Shown here one piece after another: positions 31,503-43,135 of a DNA stretch of 64,000 nucleotides. The DNA is taken from NCBI GenBank assembly GCA_963829055.1, contig CAWHHI010000008.1:192001-256000 (forward strand), given 5' to 3'. Source of the DNA: an uncultured Gemmatimonadaceae bacterium (GTDB lineage: Bacteria; Gemmatimonadota; Gemmatimonadetes; Gemmatimonadales; Gemmatimonadaceae). The notes beneath the pieces were generated by a model, which saw only the letters and a list, made by a program, of their open reading frames with translations, was not told where the DNA came from and made no database searches. A program made the position numbers and the translations under genes. Each line of letters opens with the position of its first letter. The stretch's first letter is position 1.

Positions 31503-31589
31503 GGAGGCCGGCGGTCGGGGGCCTTAGGAAGGAGGCCTCAGGAAGGCGGAGGGCGGACGACGTGACGGCGGAACGACGGCAGCGCCACC

Positions 31590-32502
31590 TTACCAGAGAC
31601 GCGCCGCCTCCTGTAGCTCCTCCCGGAGCTTTACGTAGCTCTCGTGGCGGCGGGCGCTCACGTCGCGCGCGGCGATCGCCTCCAGCACCGCGCAGCCTGG
31701 CTCCACCGTGTGCGTGCAGTCCGCAAATCGACACAACGCTGTCAGCGGGCGGAATTCCGGAAAGCAGTCGGCCAGGTCGCTCGGGTCCAGGCCCCACATG
31801 CCGATCTCGCGCAGACCCGGCGTGTCGGCCACGAAGCCGCCGTCGGGGAGCGGATGCAGCAGCGCACCGACGGTCGTGTGGCGGCCCTTGTTGACCGACT
31901 CGCTGATCTCGCCGACGCGCAGGTTGAGGCCCGGATACAGCGCGTTCATGAGGGACGATTTCCCCACGCCGGACGGACCCGTGAGCGCAGACGTTCGGTT
32001 CTGCAGTGCGTCGTGCAGCGGCGCGAGCCCTCGGCCGCCGTCCTTCGTACTCGTTAGGTGCAGCGGGTAGCCGGCGCGCACGTGGTCGGCGAACATTGCC
32101 TGCGCTTCCGACTCGCTCGCGAGGTCGACCTTGTTGACGACGATGCGCGCCGCCAGCGAGTTCGCCTCGGCGATCACGAGAAAGCGATCGAGCATCGCCG
32201 GGTGGGGCGTCGGCTTCACGAGCGCGAACACGACGACCACCTGATCGACGTTCGCGGCGATGATCCGCTCACCGCGACCCGAACCAGGCTCCCGTCGCGC
32301 CAGCTTCGAGCGCCGCGGGTGGATCTCCGCGATGACGAACCCGTCGCCGCGCGTCCTTCGGCTCGAGCTCGACCTCATCGCCGACAGCGAGCTTGAGCCC
32401 ACCAAGCTTGACCCGGCCGCGGACGGAGCAGTCATACGTTAGGCCGTCGGCGCCAAGCACGCGCCAGATACCGCCAGTTCCCGATAGCGCTGTTCCGCGC
32501 AT
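31590..32502 (-). CDS. rsgA: Ribosome small subunit-dependent GTPase A; frameshift near 32345
   Basis: ANVDQ, NKVDL, GPSGVGKSS, KGRHTT, DTPG, CRFADCTHTVEPGC. Confidence 0.93.
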
Positions 32503-32521
32503 CAGCGTGTGATCCAGTAGA

Positions 32522-32911
32522 TCATTCGTCCCTCATGGCATCCCACCATCGCCGTGACGGACGGTTCGCCGATTGCTCGTTAATGAGCTCGTCCAGAATG
32601 CGCCGGACCGCGTCGAGCTTCATCTCGCCAAGGGCCGCGCGCGCTGCGTCTTCCGTTGCGCCGTAGGCGAGAAAGTCAGTCTCCAGATGCCCCTCGATAC
32701 CCTGCGAACCAACGCGTCGCCACCGCAGGAACAGGAAGTAGGCGCCGTACGGTCGCCCGGCGATCTCCGTCCTATCGACGACGATCTCCACGCTGTACGA
32801 CATCCCGTCCGACCCCTCGAACGCCGCGGGTCTTGCATGCACGGCGCTGTACCCACCGATCGTGTTCGCGTCACCACGCGAATGATCGGGAGGCTGAAAG
32901 CGGCCGGGCAC
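32522..32911 (-). CDS. Hypothetical protein
   Basis: Compact ORF between proline dehydrogenase and rsgA on the same strand (RPAAFEGSDG...GHLETDFL). Confidence 0.65.
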   Translation of the reverse strand: MPGRFQPPDHSRGDANTIGGYSAVHARPAAFEGSDGMSYSVEIVVDRTEIAGRPYGAYFLFLRWRRVGSQGIEGHLETDFLAYGATEDAARAALGEMKLDAVRRILDELINEQSANRPSRRWWDAMRDE

Positions 32912-32913
32912 CG

Positions 32914-33847
32914 TCAGCGACCGCGCAGCATTTCTTTCACGACGTTGCCCGTCATGAACGCGACGTTCGCGGGACGTTCCGCCAGGCGGCGCATGAGATA
33001 CGGATACCACTGCGTGCCGAACGGCACGTACACGCGCATGCGGTACCCTTCGCGCACGAGCTGTTCCTGCAGGTCGCGGCGGACGCCATAGAGCATCTGG
33101 AACTCGTATCGGTCCGTCGCGATCTTCCGCTCGGCCGCGAATCGCTTCGCGTCAGCGATGATGCGCTCGTCGTGCGTGGCGATGCCCGGGTAGTTGCCGT
33201 CGCTCATGAGCGACGTGCATGCAGCGGATGTACTGCTCGTCCACGTCGCGCTTGTCCGGGAATGCGACCGACGCCGGCTCCTGATACGCGCCCTTGCAGA
33301 TGCGAACGCGAGCGTGCAGGCGGTTCGCCATCTCGACGTCGGCGTACGTGCGACGCAGGTAGCTCTGGAGCACGATCCCGACGTGCTTCGGGTACGACGG
33401 GTACAGGCGATGCTCGAACATATGGAGCGTGCGCTCCGTGTACGCGCTGCTCTCCATGTCGATGCGCACGAACGATCCGTAGTCGCGGGCACGGTCGAGC
33501 ACCATCTGCATGTTCGCGACGCAGAGGTCTTCGGAGACGTCGAGGCCCATCGCCGTCAGCTTGAGCGACACGTTCGCATCGAGCTTCTGCGACTGGATGC
33601 GATCGAGCAGGTCGAGATAGGACTTCGCCGTCGCCCGCGCCTCTTCCTCGCGGTGCACGCTCTCGCCCAGCAGATCGAGCGACGCCGTAATGCCGCGCGC
33701 GTTGAGCGCTCGGACCGCGGTCATTGCCTCTTCGATCGTCTCGCCCGCCACGAAACGCGACGCCATGCGTCTCGCGAGCCCGTTACGGCGCACGAACGTG
33801 AAGACTTTTTGCTGATTCGAGAGGTAGAGCAGCGTCTTCCTCAGCAT
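32914..33847 (-). CDS. Monofunctional proline dehydrogenase; frameshift near 33210
   Basis: RFVAGE, LDLLGE, SLKLT, RIDMES, RICKGAY, ATHD, EFQMLYG, YVPFG, YLMRRLAERPAN. Confidence 0.93.
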
Positions 33848-33990
33848 GAGGCCTCGTGATCGGCGCGAGAGCGAGCTAGGCGAGTGAGAGAACGTCGTGT
33901 GTTAGCGGCACCGGCGCGACAGACGCCACTATCGGCGCGTAAATATACCCAGCCCTCTGGACCGCTGGTGCAAGATGGCGGGGCCCGGTT

Positions 33991-35709
33991 TCATGCAGGA
34001 CCCAAGCCGCACTGTCCGGGTAACGCCGTCGTCAGGCGGATTGGGCTGAGGCGTAGGGCTGTGCCAGCGGCACGCTCACCGACGTTCCAGGCCACGAGTC
34101 CGTCATCGCTTCGAGGATCGATCATGTAGGTGGCAAGCACGCCGAGCGGTTGCGTGAGACGCACGACGTAGCTTCCGGGCTCGATGCGCGTGTTGGCCTG
34201 CTGCCAGCGGCCCTCCACCCGAACACTCCGGCGATTCTGGAACGCCGTGGGTGACACGATCACCGAGTCGGAGGTGAACGACTGTGCGGTCGCCGAGCAC
34301 TCGCTGCGCGTGCGCTCGACCGTGATGCCGTGAAGCGCGAGCAGTTGCGCCGCGGTCGAATCCGCGGCGGGCAGCGCGAACCCCCACGCAGTCGGCGTCG
34401 ACATCGTCGGAACGAAGCGATCGTAGACGGGCATCTGCACGCGCCGATAGCTGCCCGTCCGTCGCATGCCGCGGCGCACGCCTGGTTCGGTGCGGAGCGT
34501 GTCGCCGGTGCGTTCGAGCGTTTCGACGATCACCTCACCGGTATAGGGCTTCGTGGTCAGATCTCCGCGAATCGGGATCTGCGCCGACGATGTGCCCGTT
34601 CCCCACGACGCCACCGCCGAATCCGCTCGCGCCGAGAGCGCGCGAATGCGCGCTCCACGCTCGGCCACGAGCGTGAGCAGCTCACTCACGAATGCGTACG
34701 TCGACGCCACGCGGCGAGGAAACGGATCGTGAGAATACGCTTCGCTCAACACGGACATGCGACCGCGTAGCGCGTAGTAGTTCGTCCCGTAGCGCGGGCG
34801 ATGATCGTAGGTGAACCATCCGCGGTCCGCGGAGTCCTGCGAGACGAAGTTGCCGTAGTCGAACGTCTCGTAGCCTCGTCGGGTTCGGACGCGGCGGCGA
34901 AGCTCCGGCAGCAGTGAGTCGCGCACGAACGCGCCACCGGAGAAGGCCGGCCCAATGTCGCCAGCTGGGTTGAGCGACGGGGCATACGTCAGCGCGTACC
35001 CGTGATAGCTGCCGTCGGTCGTGTGCAGATCGACGAAGAAGTCGGGATTCCAACGATTGAACGCACTGAGCGACGCGCGAGTTTCCGGCGCGTCGGCCTT
35101 CATGTAGTCGCGATTCAGATCGAAGCTCTGCGCATTCGGCCGCTGACCGACGAGCTCCGGCCCGTTCTGTGCTCCGCGATTCTGCGCCTGGGGCGCGAAA
35201 CGCTCGTTGCCGTCGGCATTGTAGATCGGCACGGCGATGAGCACGATGGAATCGAGCACGTTGCGCTTCTTGTCGAAGACGAGATCGCGCAGCAGTGCCT
35301 GCAACGCTTCTTTGCCCTCCACTTCGCCGGCGTGAATGTTCCCCTGCACGTACACCATCGGACGACCGAGAGCGCGCGCGGCGTCCGGCGTCGAGACCGG
35401 CGGCCGAGACGCGATCACGTACGGAATCTCCCGGCCCTCACTGGTCTTTCCGATGCTGCCTACGGCAATCGGTGCCCCGAGGCGTTTCAGAGAATCGATG
35501 AATGCCACGACGTCGGCATAGTGCGACGTCTCGGTGTAGTTCGTCAGCTCGGCGCGCGTGCGAGGAAGCCGGGCATCGGTCACCGGCGGCGGCACGGCGC
35601 CGGAAACGTTAGGCGCTGCTGCCGCGCTCGGGGTGGTTCGGGAGCAGGCGACGGCTCCGCCGAGTAATGGCACGACGAGAGCGGCCGCGACGACACGCGA
35701 TCGGAACAT
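33991..35709 (-). CDS. M14 zinc carboxypeptidase family lipoprotein
   Basis: Lipobox AVAC; IHAGEVEG, YNADG, DLNRD, DLH. Confidence 0.88.
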   Translation of the reverse strand: MFRSRVVAAALVVPLLGGAVACSRTTPSAAAAPNVSGAVPPPVTDARLPRTRAELTNYTETSHYADVVAFIDSLKRLGAPIAVGSIGKTSEGREIPYVIASRPPVSTPDAARALGRPMVYVQGNIHAGEVEGKEALQALLRDLVFDKKRNVLDSIVLIAVPIYNADGNERFAPQAQNRGAQNGPELVGQRPNAQSFDLNRDYMKADAPETRASLSAFNRWNPDFFVDLHTTDGSYHGYALTYAPSLNPAGDIGPAFSGGAFVRDSLLPELRRRVRTRRGYETFDYGNFVSQDSADRGWFTYDHRPRYGTNYYALRGRMSVLSEAYSHDPFPRRVASTYAFVSELLTLVAERGARIRALSARADSAVASWGTGTSSAQIPIRGDLTTKPYTGEVIVETLERTGDTLRTEPGVRRGMRRTGSYRRVQMPVYDRFVPTMSTPTAWGFALPAADSTAAQLLALHGITVERTRSECSATAQSFTSDSVIVSPTAFQNRRSVRVEGRWQQANTRIEPGSYVVRLTQPLGVLATYMIDPRSDDGLVAWNVGERAAGTALRLSPIRLTTALPGQCGLGPA

Positions 35710-35771
35710 GACGGGTGATTGAGAGAAGAGCGAACGTGGCATCAGTGTGCTTCCGGCGTCACCCGGCTGAG

Positions 35772-37934
35772 TCAGCCGCCTAGCGGATGGCCACGCTCCG
35801 GGTAGAAGCGACGGCCTTCACGAGCCATCTCAATGAGAAGCTGCGCCGGCGCGAACCTCGGCGCGCGGTCAGCGTTCAGGCCCTCGAGCGCGCGAACGAT
35901 TCGCTCGGTACCGAGGGAATCCACGTAGCGGAATGGGCCGCCGCGGAATGGCGGGAACCCGATGCCGAACACGGCGCCAACGTCACCGTCTCTCGGCGCG
36001 CGAAGCACGCCTTCCTGGAGACAGCGCGCCGCTTCGTTCACCATCGCGAGCACGCACCGGCGCTGAATCTCGTCCCCTGGCAACTCGGCTCGCCGTTGAC
36101 CCGTCGGCAGCAAGTCGTAGACAGACGGGTCGACGCCGCTCTTCTTGCCGGCGTCGTCGTACTTGTAGAAGCCGCTCTTCCCTTTTCGTCCGGTGCGCCC
36201 CGCCGACACTACACGCTGCAACGATTGCGACGGCGCGAGCCGAGCGCCGAAGGCATCGACCATGATCGCGCCGGACTTGCCGGCGATGTCGAGCCCGACC
36301 TCGTCGATCAGCGTGATGGGACCGACCGGGAATCCGAAGTCCACGAGCGCGCGATCCACGGCGTCGATCGCCACGCCCTCGTCCAGCAGGATGCCAGCCT
36401 CGTTGATGTAGGGCGCCAGGATGCGGTTCACGAAGAATCCAGGCGCGTCGTTCACCACGATGACCGTCTTGCCTAACGACTTGCCGTAGCTCACGACCGT
36501 CGCCGTCACTTCCGGCGCCGTCGTCGGCGTGGTGATGACCTCGAGCAACGGCATCTTCGTCACCGGCGAGAAGAAGTGCATCCCGATGACCCGCTCCGGC
36601 CGCTTCGACGCTTCGGCAATTCGTGCGATCGGGATGGTGCTCGTGTTCGACGCGAAGATGGACGTGGGCCTGGTGGCGGCTTCCGTCTCGCGGAGCACGG
36701 TCTGCTTCACGGCCAGGTCCTCGAACACGGCCTCGATGACCAGGTCGACGTTCTGAAAGCCCGCGTATTCGATCGTGCCGCCAACGAGCGACATGTAGTC
36801 GTCGAGCTGCTGACGGGTGATCTGCTTCTTCGTCAGGCGCTCGCGCAGGGTCTCGCGCACCGTGGCCAACCCCTTCCCCACCCGGGCGTGGTCGGCATCC
36901 TTGAGCCGGACGATCGTTCCCTGCGGCGCTGCGATGGACGCGATACCGGATCCCATGAAACCGGCGCCGAGGATGGCGAGCTTGCGAATCGGGAGCGGTG
37001 GAGGCGCCGGCTCGGCAACGCCCGGATCCTTCTTCAACGCCGTCGTCGCGAAGAAGAGGAACACGAGCTGCCGCGAGACCTCACTGACCGCGAGCTCGCC
37101 GAAGAGCCGAGCCTCCTCCCGATATCCGCGTTCACTGCCATGGGCAAAGCCGTTGGCGACAGCATCGAGCGCGGCGAGCGGCGCGGGGAAATGGCCACGC
37201 GTGCGCGCCAATACTTTCTCGCGCGCTTGCCGAATTACCAACGCGCGTCCAACGCGATTCTCATCGAGCAGCAGGTGACGAGCACCGTGCGGACCACTCG
37301 GCGCACCACGACGAAGCGCGCCGTCGGCCAGGGCGCGGGCGCGCGCAATCGCGATCTCGTCGAGGATGGCGGGGTGCACCAGCTCGTGCACGAGACCAAT
37401 CTGCAACGCCTTCCGGCCGCGCACGTTCTTCCCCGTGAGAATCATGTCGAGCGCAGCCTCGAGTCCGACGAGGCGCGGCAGACGCTGCGTTCCGCCACCT
37501 CCAGGGATCAGGCCGAGCTGCACTTCAGGGAGCGCGAATACCGTTTTCGGGGCATCGCTCGCGACGCGATAGGCGCAGGCGAGAGCAGCTTCGAGACCAC
37601 CGCCGAGGCAGGCGCCATTGATCGCCGCGACGACAGGTGTTCGAAGATTCTCCAACCGGTCGAGGAGCGCGTGCCCGTCGCGGCTCATCGCCTCTGCCTG
37701 CGATGACGTCTCGATCTGCAGGAACTCCTCGATGTCCGCTCCCGCCACCCAGACGTCCGGCTTGCCGCTGCGAATGACCGCTGCCTGGATCGCCGGGTCC
37801 CGCTCCAGCTGATCGAGCACGCGGGCAAATTCCTCACGCACGAGTCGCGTGAACGTGTTCACGGCCGCGTTAGGCACGTCGAGTGTCACGACAGCCACGC
37901 CGTCGCGCACGTCGAGCGAGAGCGTTGAGCTCAT
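35772..37934 (-). CDS. fadJ: Fatty acid oxidation complex alpha subunit
   Basis: Hydratase motifs AGADI, GGGLE and LPEVQLG; dehydrogenase motifs GAGFMG, EAVFED, SNTS, GMHFFSP and GFPPFRGGP. Confidence 0.93.
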   Translation of the reverse strand: MSSTLSLDVRDGVAVVTLDVPNAAVNTFTRLVREEFARVLDQLERDPAIQAAVIRSGKPDVWVAGADIEEFLQIETSSQAEAMSRDGHALLDRLENLRTPVVAAINGACLGGGLEAALACAYRVASDAPKTVFALPEVQLGLIPGGGGTQRLPRLVGLEAALDMILTGKNVRGRKALQIGLVHELVHPAILDEIAIARARALADGALRRGAPSGPHGARHLLLDENRVGRALVIRQAREKVLARTRGHFPAPLAALDAVANGFAHGSERGYREEARLFGELAVSEVSRQLVFLFFATTALKKDPGVAEPAPPPLPIRKLAILGAGFMGSGIASIAAPQGTIVRLKDADHARVGKGLATVRETLRERLTKKQITRQQLDDYMSLVGGTIEYAGFQNVDLVIEAVFEDLAVKQTVLRETEAATRPTSIFASNTSTIPIARIAEASKRPERVIGMHFFSPVTKMPLLEVITTPTTAPEVTATVVSYGKSLGKTVIVVNDAPGFFVNRILAPYINEAGILLDEGVAIDAVDRALVDFGFPVGPITLIDEVGLDIAGKSGAIMVDAFGARLAPSQSLQRVVSAGRTGRKGKSGFYKYDDAGKKSGVDPSVYDLLPTGQRRAELPGDEIQRRCVLAMVNEAARCLQEGVLRAPRDGDVGAVFGIGFPPFRGGPFRYVDSLGTERIVRALEGLNADRAPRFAPAQLLIEMAREGRRFYPERGHPLGG

Positions 37935-37947
37935 TCCGCTTTCCGTA

Positions 37948-39243
37948 TCATTGACGTTCGACGACCATCGCGAAGCCCATTCCCCCTGCCGCGCACACGG
38001 TCATGAGGCCGAACTGCCCGCCACGGCGCCCGAGCTCGTTGAGCAGCGTGGTCGTGATCCGCGCGCCAGTCGCGCCGAACGGGTGGCCGATCGCGATCGA
38101 CCCGCCCATGACGTTGAGTCGCGCCCGATCGACTTCACCAACGGGCTCGGAGAAGCCGGCTCGCTCGGCCCACGCCTGCGACTCGAAGCCACGGAGGTTC
38201 GAGAGCACCTGCGCGGCGAACGCCTCGTGCATCTCGACGAGATCGATGTCGCGGAGCGAGAGCCCCGCGCGCCGCAGCGCCACCGGTGCGGCCAGAACCG
38301 GCGCCTGCAGCAGTTGCTCTCCCGGGTCGAGCGCGGCATACGCATACGACCGAATGAAGCCGAGCGGCTCGTAGCCGAGCGCGCGTGCGCGGTCCTCGCT
38401 CATGAGCAGCACCGCGGCGCCGCCGTCGGTGAGCGGCGATGAGTTACCGGCGGTAACCGACCCGTACTTGCGATCGAACACCGGCTTCAGCGCCGCGAGC
38501 GCCTCGATGCTCGTATCCTCGCGAATGCCGTTGTCGCTCGTGAGTACCGTGTCGTACCTGGGCGGCACATACGTAGGCGCGATCTCGGCCGTGAGTCGCG
38601 AGTCCTTCGTACCTGCCGACGCGAGCCGGTGGGATCGCAAGGCGAACTGATCCTGCTCATCGCGAAGAACGTGATTGATCTTCGCCATCTTCTCGGCCGA
38701 CTGCCCCATGGTCTCACCGGTGGACGGCTCGGCGATGGCGGGCGTGATGGGCACGAGGTCTTTCGGACGAATGCGCGACAGTGCCTTGACGCGGCCACCG
38801 AGCGACTTCGCGCGCGACGCGGCCACGAGCGCGTCGGCGAACCCGCGCGAGTGAAGTACGGGCACGTTCGAGAGCGATTCCGCGCCGCCGGCAATGACGA
38901 CGGACGCGTGACCGAGTGCGATCTGGTCAGCGGCGTCGGTGATGGCTTGATTCGCGGAGGCGCACGCCCGGCTCACGGTGACGGCCTGCACGCCTTTCGG
39001 CAGCATCGGCAGGAGCGAGACCTCGCGCGCGATGTTAGGCGCGATCACAGACGGAACGACCGTGCCGAAGACGAGCGCCTCGACCTCTCGGCCGTCGAGT
39101 CCCGTGCGTTGAATCAGCTCGGTGACGCACGCCTTCCCGAGGTCGATGGCCGAGATGTTCCTGAGCGCGGTGCCGGCCCGGGCGAACGGCGTCCGCACGC
39201 CCGCCACGATCGCGACTCGACGGCCATTCCCATACGTCTCCAT
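37948..39243 (-). CDS. fadI: 3-ketoacyl-CoA thiolase
   Basis: RTPF, SRACAS, MHEAFA, GHPFGATG, CAAGG. Confidence 0.93.
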   Translation of the reverse strand: METYGNGRRVAIVAGVRTPFARAGTALRNISAIDLGKACVTELIQRTGLDGREVEALVFGTVVPSVIAPNIAREVSLLPMLPKGVQAVTVSRACASANQAITDAADQIALGHASVVIAGGAESLSNVPVLHSRGFADALVAASRAKSLGGRVKALSRIRPKDLVPITPAIAEPSTGETMGQSAEKMAKINHVLRDEQDQFALRSHRLASAGTKDSRLTAEIAPTYVPPRYDTVLTSDNGIREDTSIEALAALKPVFDRKYGSVTAGNSSPLTDGGAAVLLMSEDRARALGYEPLGFIRSYAYAALDPGEQLLQAPVLAAPVALRRAGLSLRDIDLVEMHEAFAAQVLSNLRGFESQAWAERAGFSEPVGEVDRARLNVMGGSIAIGHPFGATGARITTTLLNELGRRGGQFGLMTVCAAGGMGFAMVVERQ

Positions 39244-39371
39244 GCGGGAAACCTACTTACCGCCGCAAGTCGTTGGACTCACAATATTTGCCGGAAGCGC
39301 CCGCGGCATCCACGTTGGGACTCGCCCGGTTCGCACCGAGGAGCTTGCCGTCGCGGATACCATCGTTAGGG

Positions 39372-39913
39372 TTACCGTTTGGTTGCGACAGCACGGGCAA
39401 CGTGCCTTTCCCCAGCACTATCGCTGAGCAGTCGTTCCTCGTACTCGGAGACGTCCAGTGGCGCGACGAGCGTCCGCAGTTCGCCCGGCTCGAGCAGGTA
39501 TTCAGGGTTTCGCGGTCCGCGCGCGCGCCCGCGGGCGACGACGTCGAGGTGTGCACGCGTGAACGTCTCGTACACGAGCGTGCCGCCGGCGGTAAGCAGC
39601 GTCGCCAGTGTTGGGAAGACCGACCGATCGAGAAAGCTCACGCACACGATCGCGTCCACCGAATTGGGTCGCAGTGGACACGCCCGCGCGTCAGCGACCA
39701 AGCCGACGATGCGGTCGTCACGTCCGGTGGCTCCCTCGACGGCGGCGAACACGAAGTCCATGACGATCACGCGTCGCCCGGTGCGCGCGATCGCGGCGGC
39801 GTTGCGTCCCGAGCCTCCAGCAAGGTCGAGCACCAGCGCATGCGGCGGCAGCGCACGACATCGATCGACGACCCAGTCGGATGGGTTCCGATCGAGCTCG
39901 CAACCTCGCTCAC
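39372..39913 (-). CDS. Class I SAM-dependent methyltransferase (TehB-like); frameshift near 39885
   Basis: PSDWV...VLDLAGGSGRN, FLDR, GGTLVYETF, YLLEPGEL. Confidence 0.8.
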
Positions 39914-39971
39914 TGTACCTCTCCCGCCAATGCGCGCGGTCATCGCGTCCGGATCCGTCGCCCTGTCATCG

Positions 39972-41696
39972 ATGACTGACGAGACTCGGGACGACGTCTC
40001 CTTGCCCACGGTCCGGCGAAAGCTCGACGCGGCGGACAATCCGGCAACGCATCGTGCGGCGCGGCTGGCGCGCCTCACCGCCGAACCGTTCGATGTGCTC
40101 ATCGTCGGCGGAGGCATCACGGGCGCGGGGATCGCGCGCGACGCGGCTATGCGCGGGTTGCGCACCGCGCTCGTCGAGCGTGACGACTTCGGAAGCGGCA
40201 CATCGAGTCGCTCGTCTCGGCTGGTACACGGCGGCGTGCGCTATCTCGAGCATGGGCATCTGCATCTGGTGTTCGAGTCCAGCCGTGAGCGGCGGACGCT
40301 GATGCGCATCGCACCTCACCTCGTGCGTCCGCTGCGATTCACCTGGCCCGTCTATCGTGGCAGCCGCATCCCGCTCTGGAAGTTGAGCGCCGGCCTGTTC
40401 ATGTACGATGCGCTCGCCGCGTTTCGCAATGTAGAAAGTCATCGTTCGCTCGAGGCGCGTGAGGTGCTCGCGCATGAACCGGCTCTGCGGCGCGATGGTC
40501 TCGTCGGCGGCGCCGAGTACTATGACGCGTCCACGGATGACGCGCGACTGACGCTGGCGAACGTCATTGATGCCGAGCACCATGGCGGCGTCGCGGTGAA
40601 TCACGTGTCGGTGGTGCGGCTGCTGCGTGAGGGCGGTCGCGTGGTCGGCGCGGCGATTCGCGAAGCGCCGGATGGACCGGAGGCAGAAATTCGCGCGCGC
40701 GTCGTCGTGAATGCGACGGGGGCCTGGACCGACGCGCTTCGGGGCATGGACACGGGCGACACCGGCGACATCGGCGCGAGCGGCAACGGTGCGGTGCGCG
40801 GGACCAAGGGCGTACACATCGCGGTGTCGCGGGAGCGACTGGCAACTCAGGCTGCCCTGACGCTGCTCTCTCCCATCGATGGACGCGTCATGTTCGCGCT
40901 GCCGTCGACGGCGACGACGATCATCGGCACGACGGACACGCCAACCGATGAGCGACCAGAAGAGGTGCGTGCGTCGCCGGCGGACATCGAGTACCTGCTC
41001 GCGGCGGCGAACTCGTTCTTCCCGGCAGCGCATCTCACGCCCGACGACGTGATCGCGGCGTGGGCAGGGATTCGTCCGCTCGTCGCGTCGGGGTTCACGC
41101 GCGACCCGGCGAGTGCCTCACGCGAGCACCGCATCGACCGCAGCGCATCGGGGCTCATCTCCGTGTCCGGCGGCAAGCTCACCACGTTTCGATCGATGGC
41201 GGCGGAGGTCGTGGACGTGGTAGAGCAGTCGTTGGGGAAGCGCCCGTCGCGATCACGGACGGATCGCGTGCCGCTGCCCGGTGGTGACATGCGGGCGCTC
41301 GACGAGCTCCGTCGCGCGGCGGAGCTGGAAGTGGGCGACGCCGCCGTCGCGCGCCGGCTCGTGGAGGCGCACGGCACGCGGTGGCGCGACGTCTCCGCGC
41401 TGACGGCGGAGGAGCCGGCGTTGGCGCGCCGCATCGTGCGCGACCTGCCGTACCTGCTGGCGGAAGTCGTCTACGCGGCGGAGCGCGAGATGGCGGTGAC
41501 GCTCGCCGACGTGCTCGTTAGGCGTCTCCGTATCGCGTACGAGATGGCGGACCACGGCCGCTCCGCCTCGCGCGTCGCGACCGCGGTACTTGCCGGCCGG
41601 CTCGGCTGGGACAACGCGCGTGCTCGCGTCGAGATCATGCGCTACGACGACGAGGTCACGCGGATCTTTGGCGCACCCGCGACAACGCTCGCGTGA
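39972..41696 (+). CDS. glpD: FAD-dependent glycerol-3-phosphate dehydrogenase
   Basis: GGGITGAG, GTSSRSSRLVHGGVRYL, DDARL, VNATGAW, GTTD, SREH, GGKLTT. Confidence 0.93.
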   Translation: MTDETRDDVSLPTVRRKLDAADNPATHRAARLARLTAEPFDVLIVGGGITGAGIARDAAMRGLRTALVERDDFGSGTSSRSSRLVHGGVRYLEHGHLHLVFESSRERRTLMRIAPHLVRPLRFTWPVYRGSRIPLWKLSAGLFMYDALAAFRNVESHRSLEAREVLAHEPALRRDGLVGGAEYYDASTDDARLTLANVIDAEHHGGVAVNHVSVVRLLREGGRVVGAAIREAPDGPEAEIRARVVVNATGAWTDALRGMDTGDTGDIGASGNGAVRGTKGVHIAVSRERLATQAALTLLSPIDGRVMFALPSTATTIIGTTDTPTDERPEEVRASPADIEYLLAAANSFFPAAHLTPDDVIAAWAGIRPLVASGFTRDPASASREHRIDRSASGLISVSGGKLTTFRSMAAEVVDVVEQSLGKRPSRSRTDRVPLPGGDMRALDELRRAAELEVGDAAVARRLVEAHGTRWRDVSALTAEEPALARRIVRDLPYLLAEVVYAAEREMAVTLADVLVRRLRIAYEMADHGRSASRVATAVLAGRLGWDNARARVEIMRYDDEVTRIFGAPATTLA

Positions 41697-41723
41697 GAGC
41701 TGCGGCGTGCCGCGCGTGGCGCG

Positions 41724-42200
41724 CTACTCGACGACGCCCTGGTGGATGGTCGTCAGCTCGACGATGCGCAGTCGACGCGTCGCGGCCGGCAGCTTCAGCA
41801 GGATGTCGTCCCCAACAGCTTTGCCCACGAGCGCGCGACCGATGAGCGAGCCCATGCTCACGTGCCCTTCCTCGAACTCGACCGAGTCACCGAACACGAG
41901 GCTGAACGTCTCGTGGGCTTTGGTCTGCTGATCCTCACAGACGACACGCGACCCGAGCCCGACCTTGTCGGTCGGGATCTGTGCCAGATCGATCTGCGAA
42001 AGCTTACTGAGACGCTGCCGGAGTTGACCGAGCCGCGCCTGGACGAACTGCTGGCGCTCGAGGGCAGCCTTGTACTCGCTATTCTCGCGCAGGTCGCCGA
42101 GCTCCACCGCCTTCCGAATCTCGTTCGGGAGGACGACGTTCAGCTCGTGTTGGAGGCGTTGTACCTCGTCGCCCAGCTTTTGCTTCAGCTCTTCGATCAT
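41724..42200 (-). CDS. greA: Transcription elongation factor GreA
   Basis: AVELGDLRENSEYKAALERQ; SLIGRALVGK. Confidence 0.9.
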   Translation of the reverse strand: MIEELKQKLGDEVQRLQHELNVVLPNEIRKAVELGDLRENSEYKAALERQQFVQARLGQLRQRLSKLSQIDLAQIPTDKVGLGSRVVCEDQQTKAHETFSLVFGDSVEFEEGHVSMGSLIGRALVGKAVGDDILLKLPAATRRLRIVELTTIHQGVVE

Positions 42201-42233
42201 CGGGCCCCGCAGAGACAGATCCAACGGCGATAT

Positions 42234-42270
42234 AAAAAAGTGGAGCGCCCGGCCTTTCGAGCCGGGCGCT
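42234..42270 (-). terminator. Intrinsic terminator in the greA 5' leader
   Basis: 10-bp stem AGCGCCCGGC/GCCGGGCGCT followed on the minus strand by CCACTTTTTT; no co-directional gene upstream. Confidence 0.75.
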
Positions 42271-42282
42271 ACGCCCTTGTTC

Positions 42283-42311
42283 AAGGTAAGCCGCGTGCAT
42301 GAGCGAGGCAA
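42283..42311 (-). promoter_or_regulatory. Candidate greA sigma70 promoter
   Basis: Minus strand TTGCCT-N17-TACCTT immediately before the leader hairpin. Confidence 0.5.
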
Positions 42312-42332
42312 ACCCGGCGGACAACGGATGGG

Positions 42333-43135
42333 ATGATACGCATCGAGCAACACGGCGACGTCACGCGGCTCGAAATGTCGAGCCTGTGGAGTCGCGCGAT
42401 CGGCTATACGGCGAGCGCGTATCTCGTGCGTGGGGTGCTCATTGATTGCGGGTTTCATGGCGTTGGTCGCGAGGTGCACGCGATGCTCGCGGAAACGCGT
42501 CCGCGCGGCCTGCTCATCACGCACTACCACGAGGACCACGCGGGGAACGTGGAGCGCGTGGCTCGACTTGGCATTCCCATCGCGGCATCGACCGACACGC
42601 TTCGCCCGGCTGCGGTCGCCGGCTCCGATTCGGTTGTACCGCCGGGTCACGTGGGGAGCCGCTCCTGCGTTGCGCTCCAACGTGACTCCGTTTCTGAGAC
42701 GATGCGCTCACGCTGATTGCCGCGCCGGGGCACTCGGTGGACCATCACGTGGTGTGGGACGCGACCGACGGGACGCTGTTCGGCGGCGACCTGTACCTCG
42801 GCGTCAAGGTGCGCGTGGCGCACCCGGGCGAGGACCCGCGGGTGCTGGCGGCGACGCTTCGCCGCATCGCCGCGTTAGGCCCGACGCGACTGTTCGATGC
42901 GCACCGTGGGTACGTGGCGAACCCTGCTCCGCTGCTGCTTGCGAAAGCGGACTGGATCGATGAGACGATTGCTTCTATCGAACGGCGGATTGCCGACGGC
43001 GCATCGGATTCCGCGATCGTGCGAGAGTTGTTTGGCGGGGAGTCTATGCCGGGACGCTTCTCTGGTGGCGACTACTCGCGCACGAACTTTGTTCGGGCGG
43101 TCAGGACGGGGACTGGGGACGGGTACGGGGACTGA
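42333..43135 (+). CDS. Metallo-beta-lactamase fold hydrolase; frameshifts between 42600 and 42710
   Basis: LIDCG, THYHEDHAG, PGHS, LFGGDL, FDAHRG. Confidence 0.85.

Noticed and set aside
31503..31585. GGCC(T/C)-type short repeat pair GGCCTTAGGAAGG / GGCCTCAGGAAGG between pdxH and rsgA
   Set aside because: Only two degenerate copies with no clear structure or further copies.
39273..39971. Apparent 233-aa N-terminal extension of GlpD
   Set aside because: It is the antisense of the methyltransferase gene; the plausible GlpD start is 39972.
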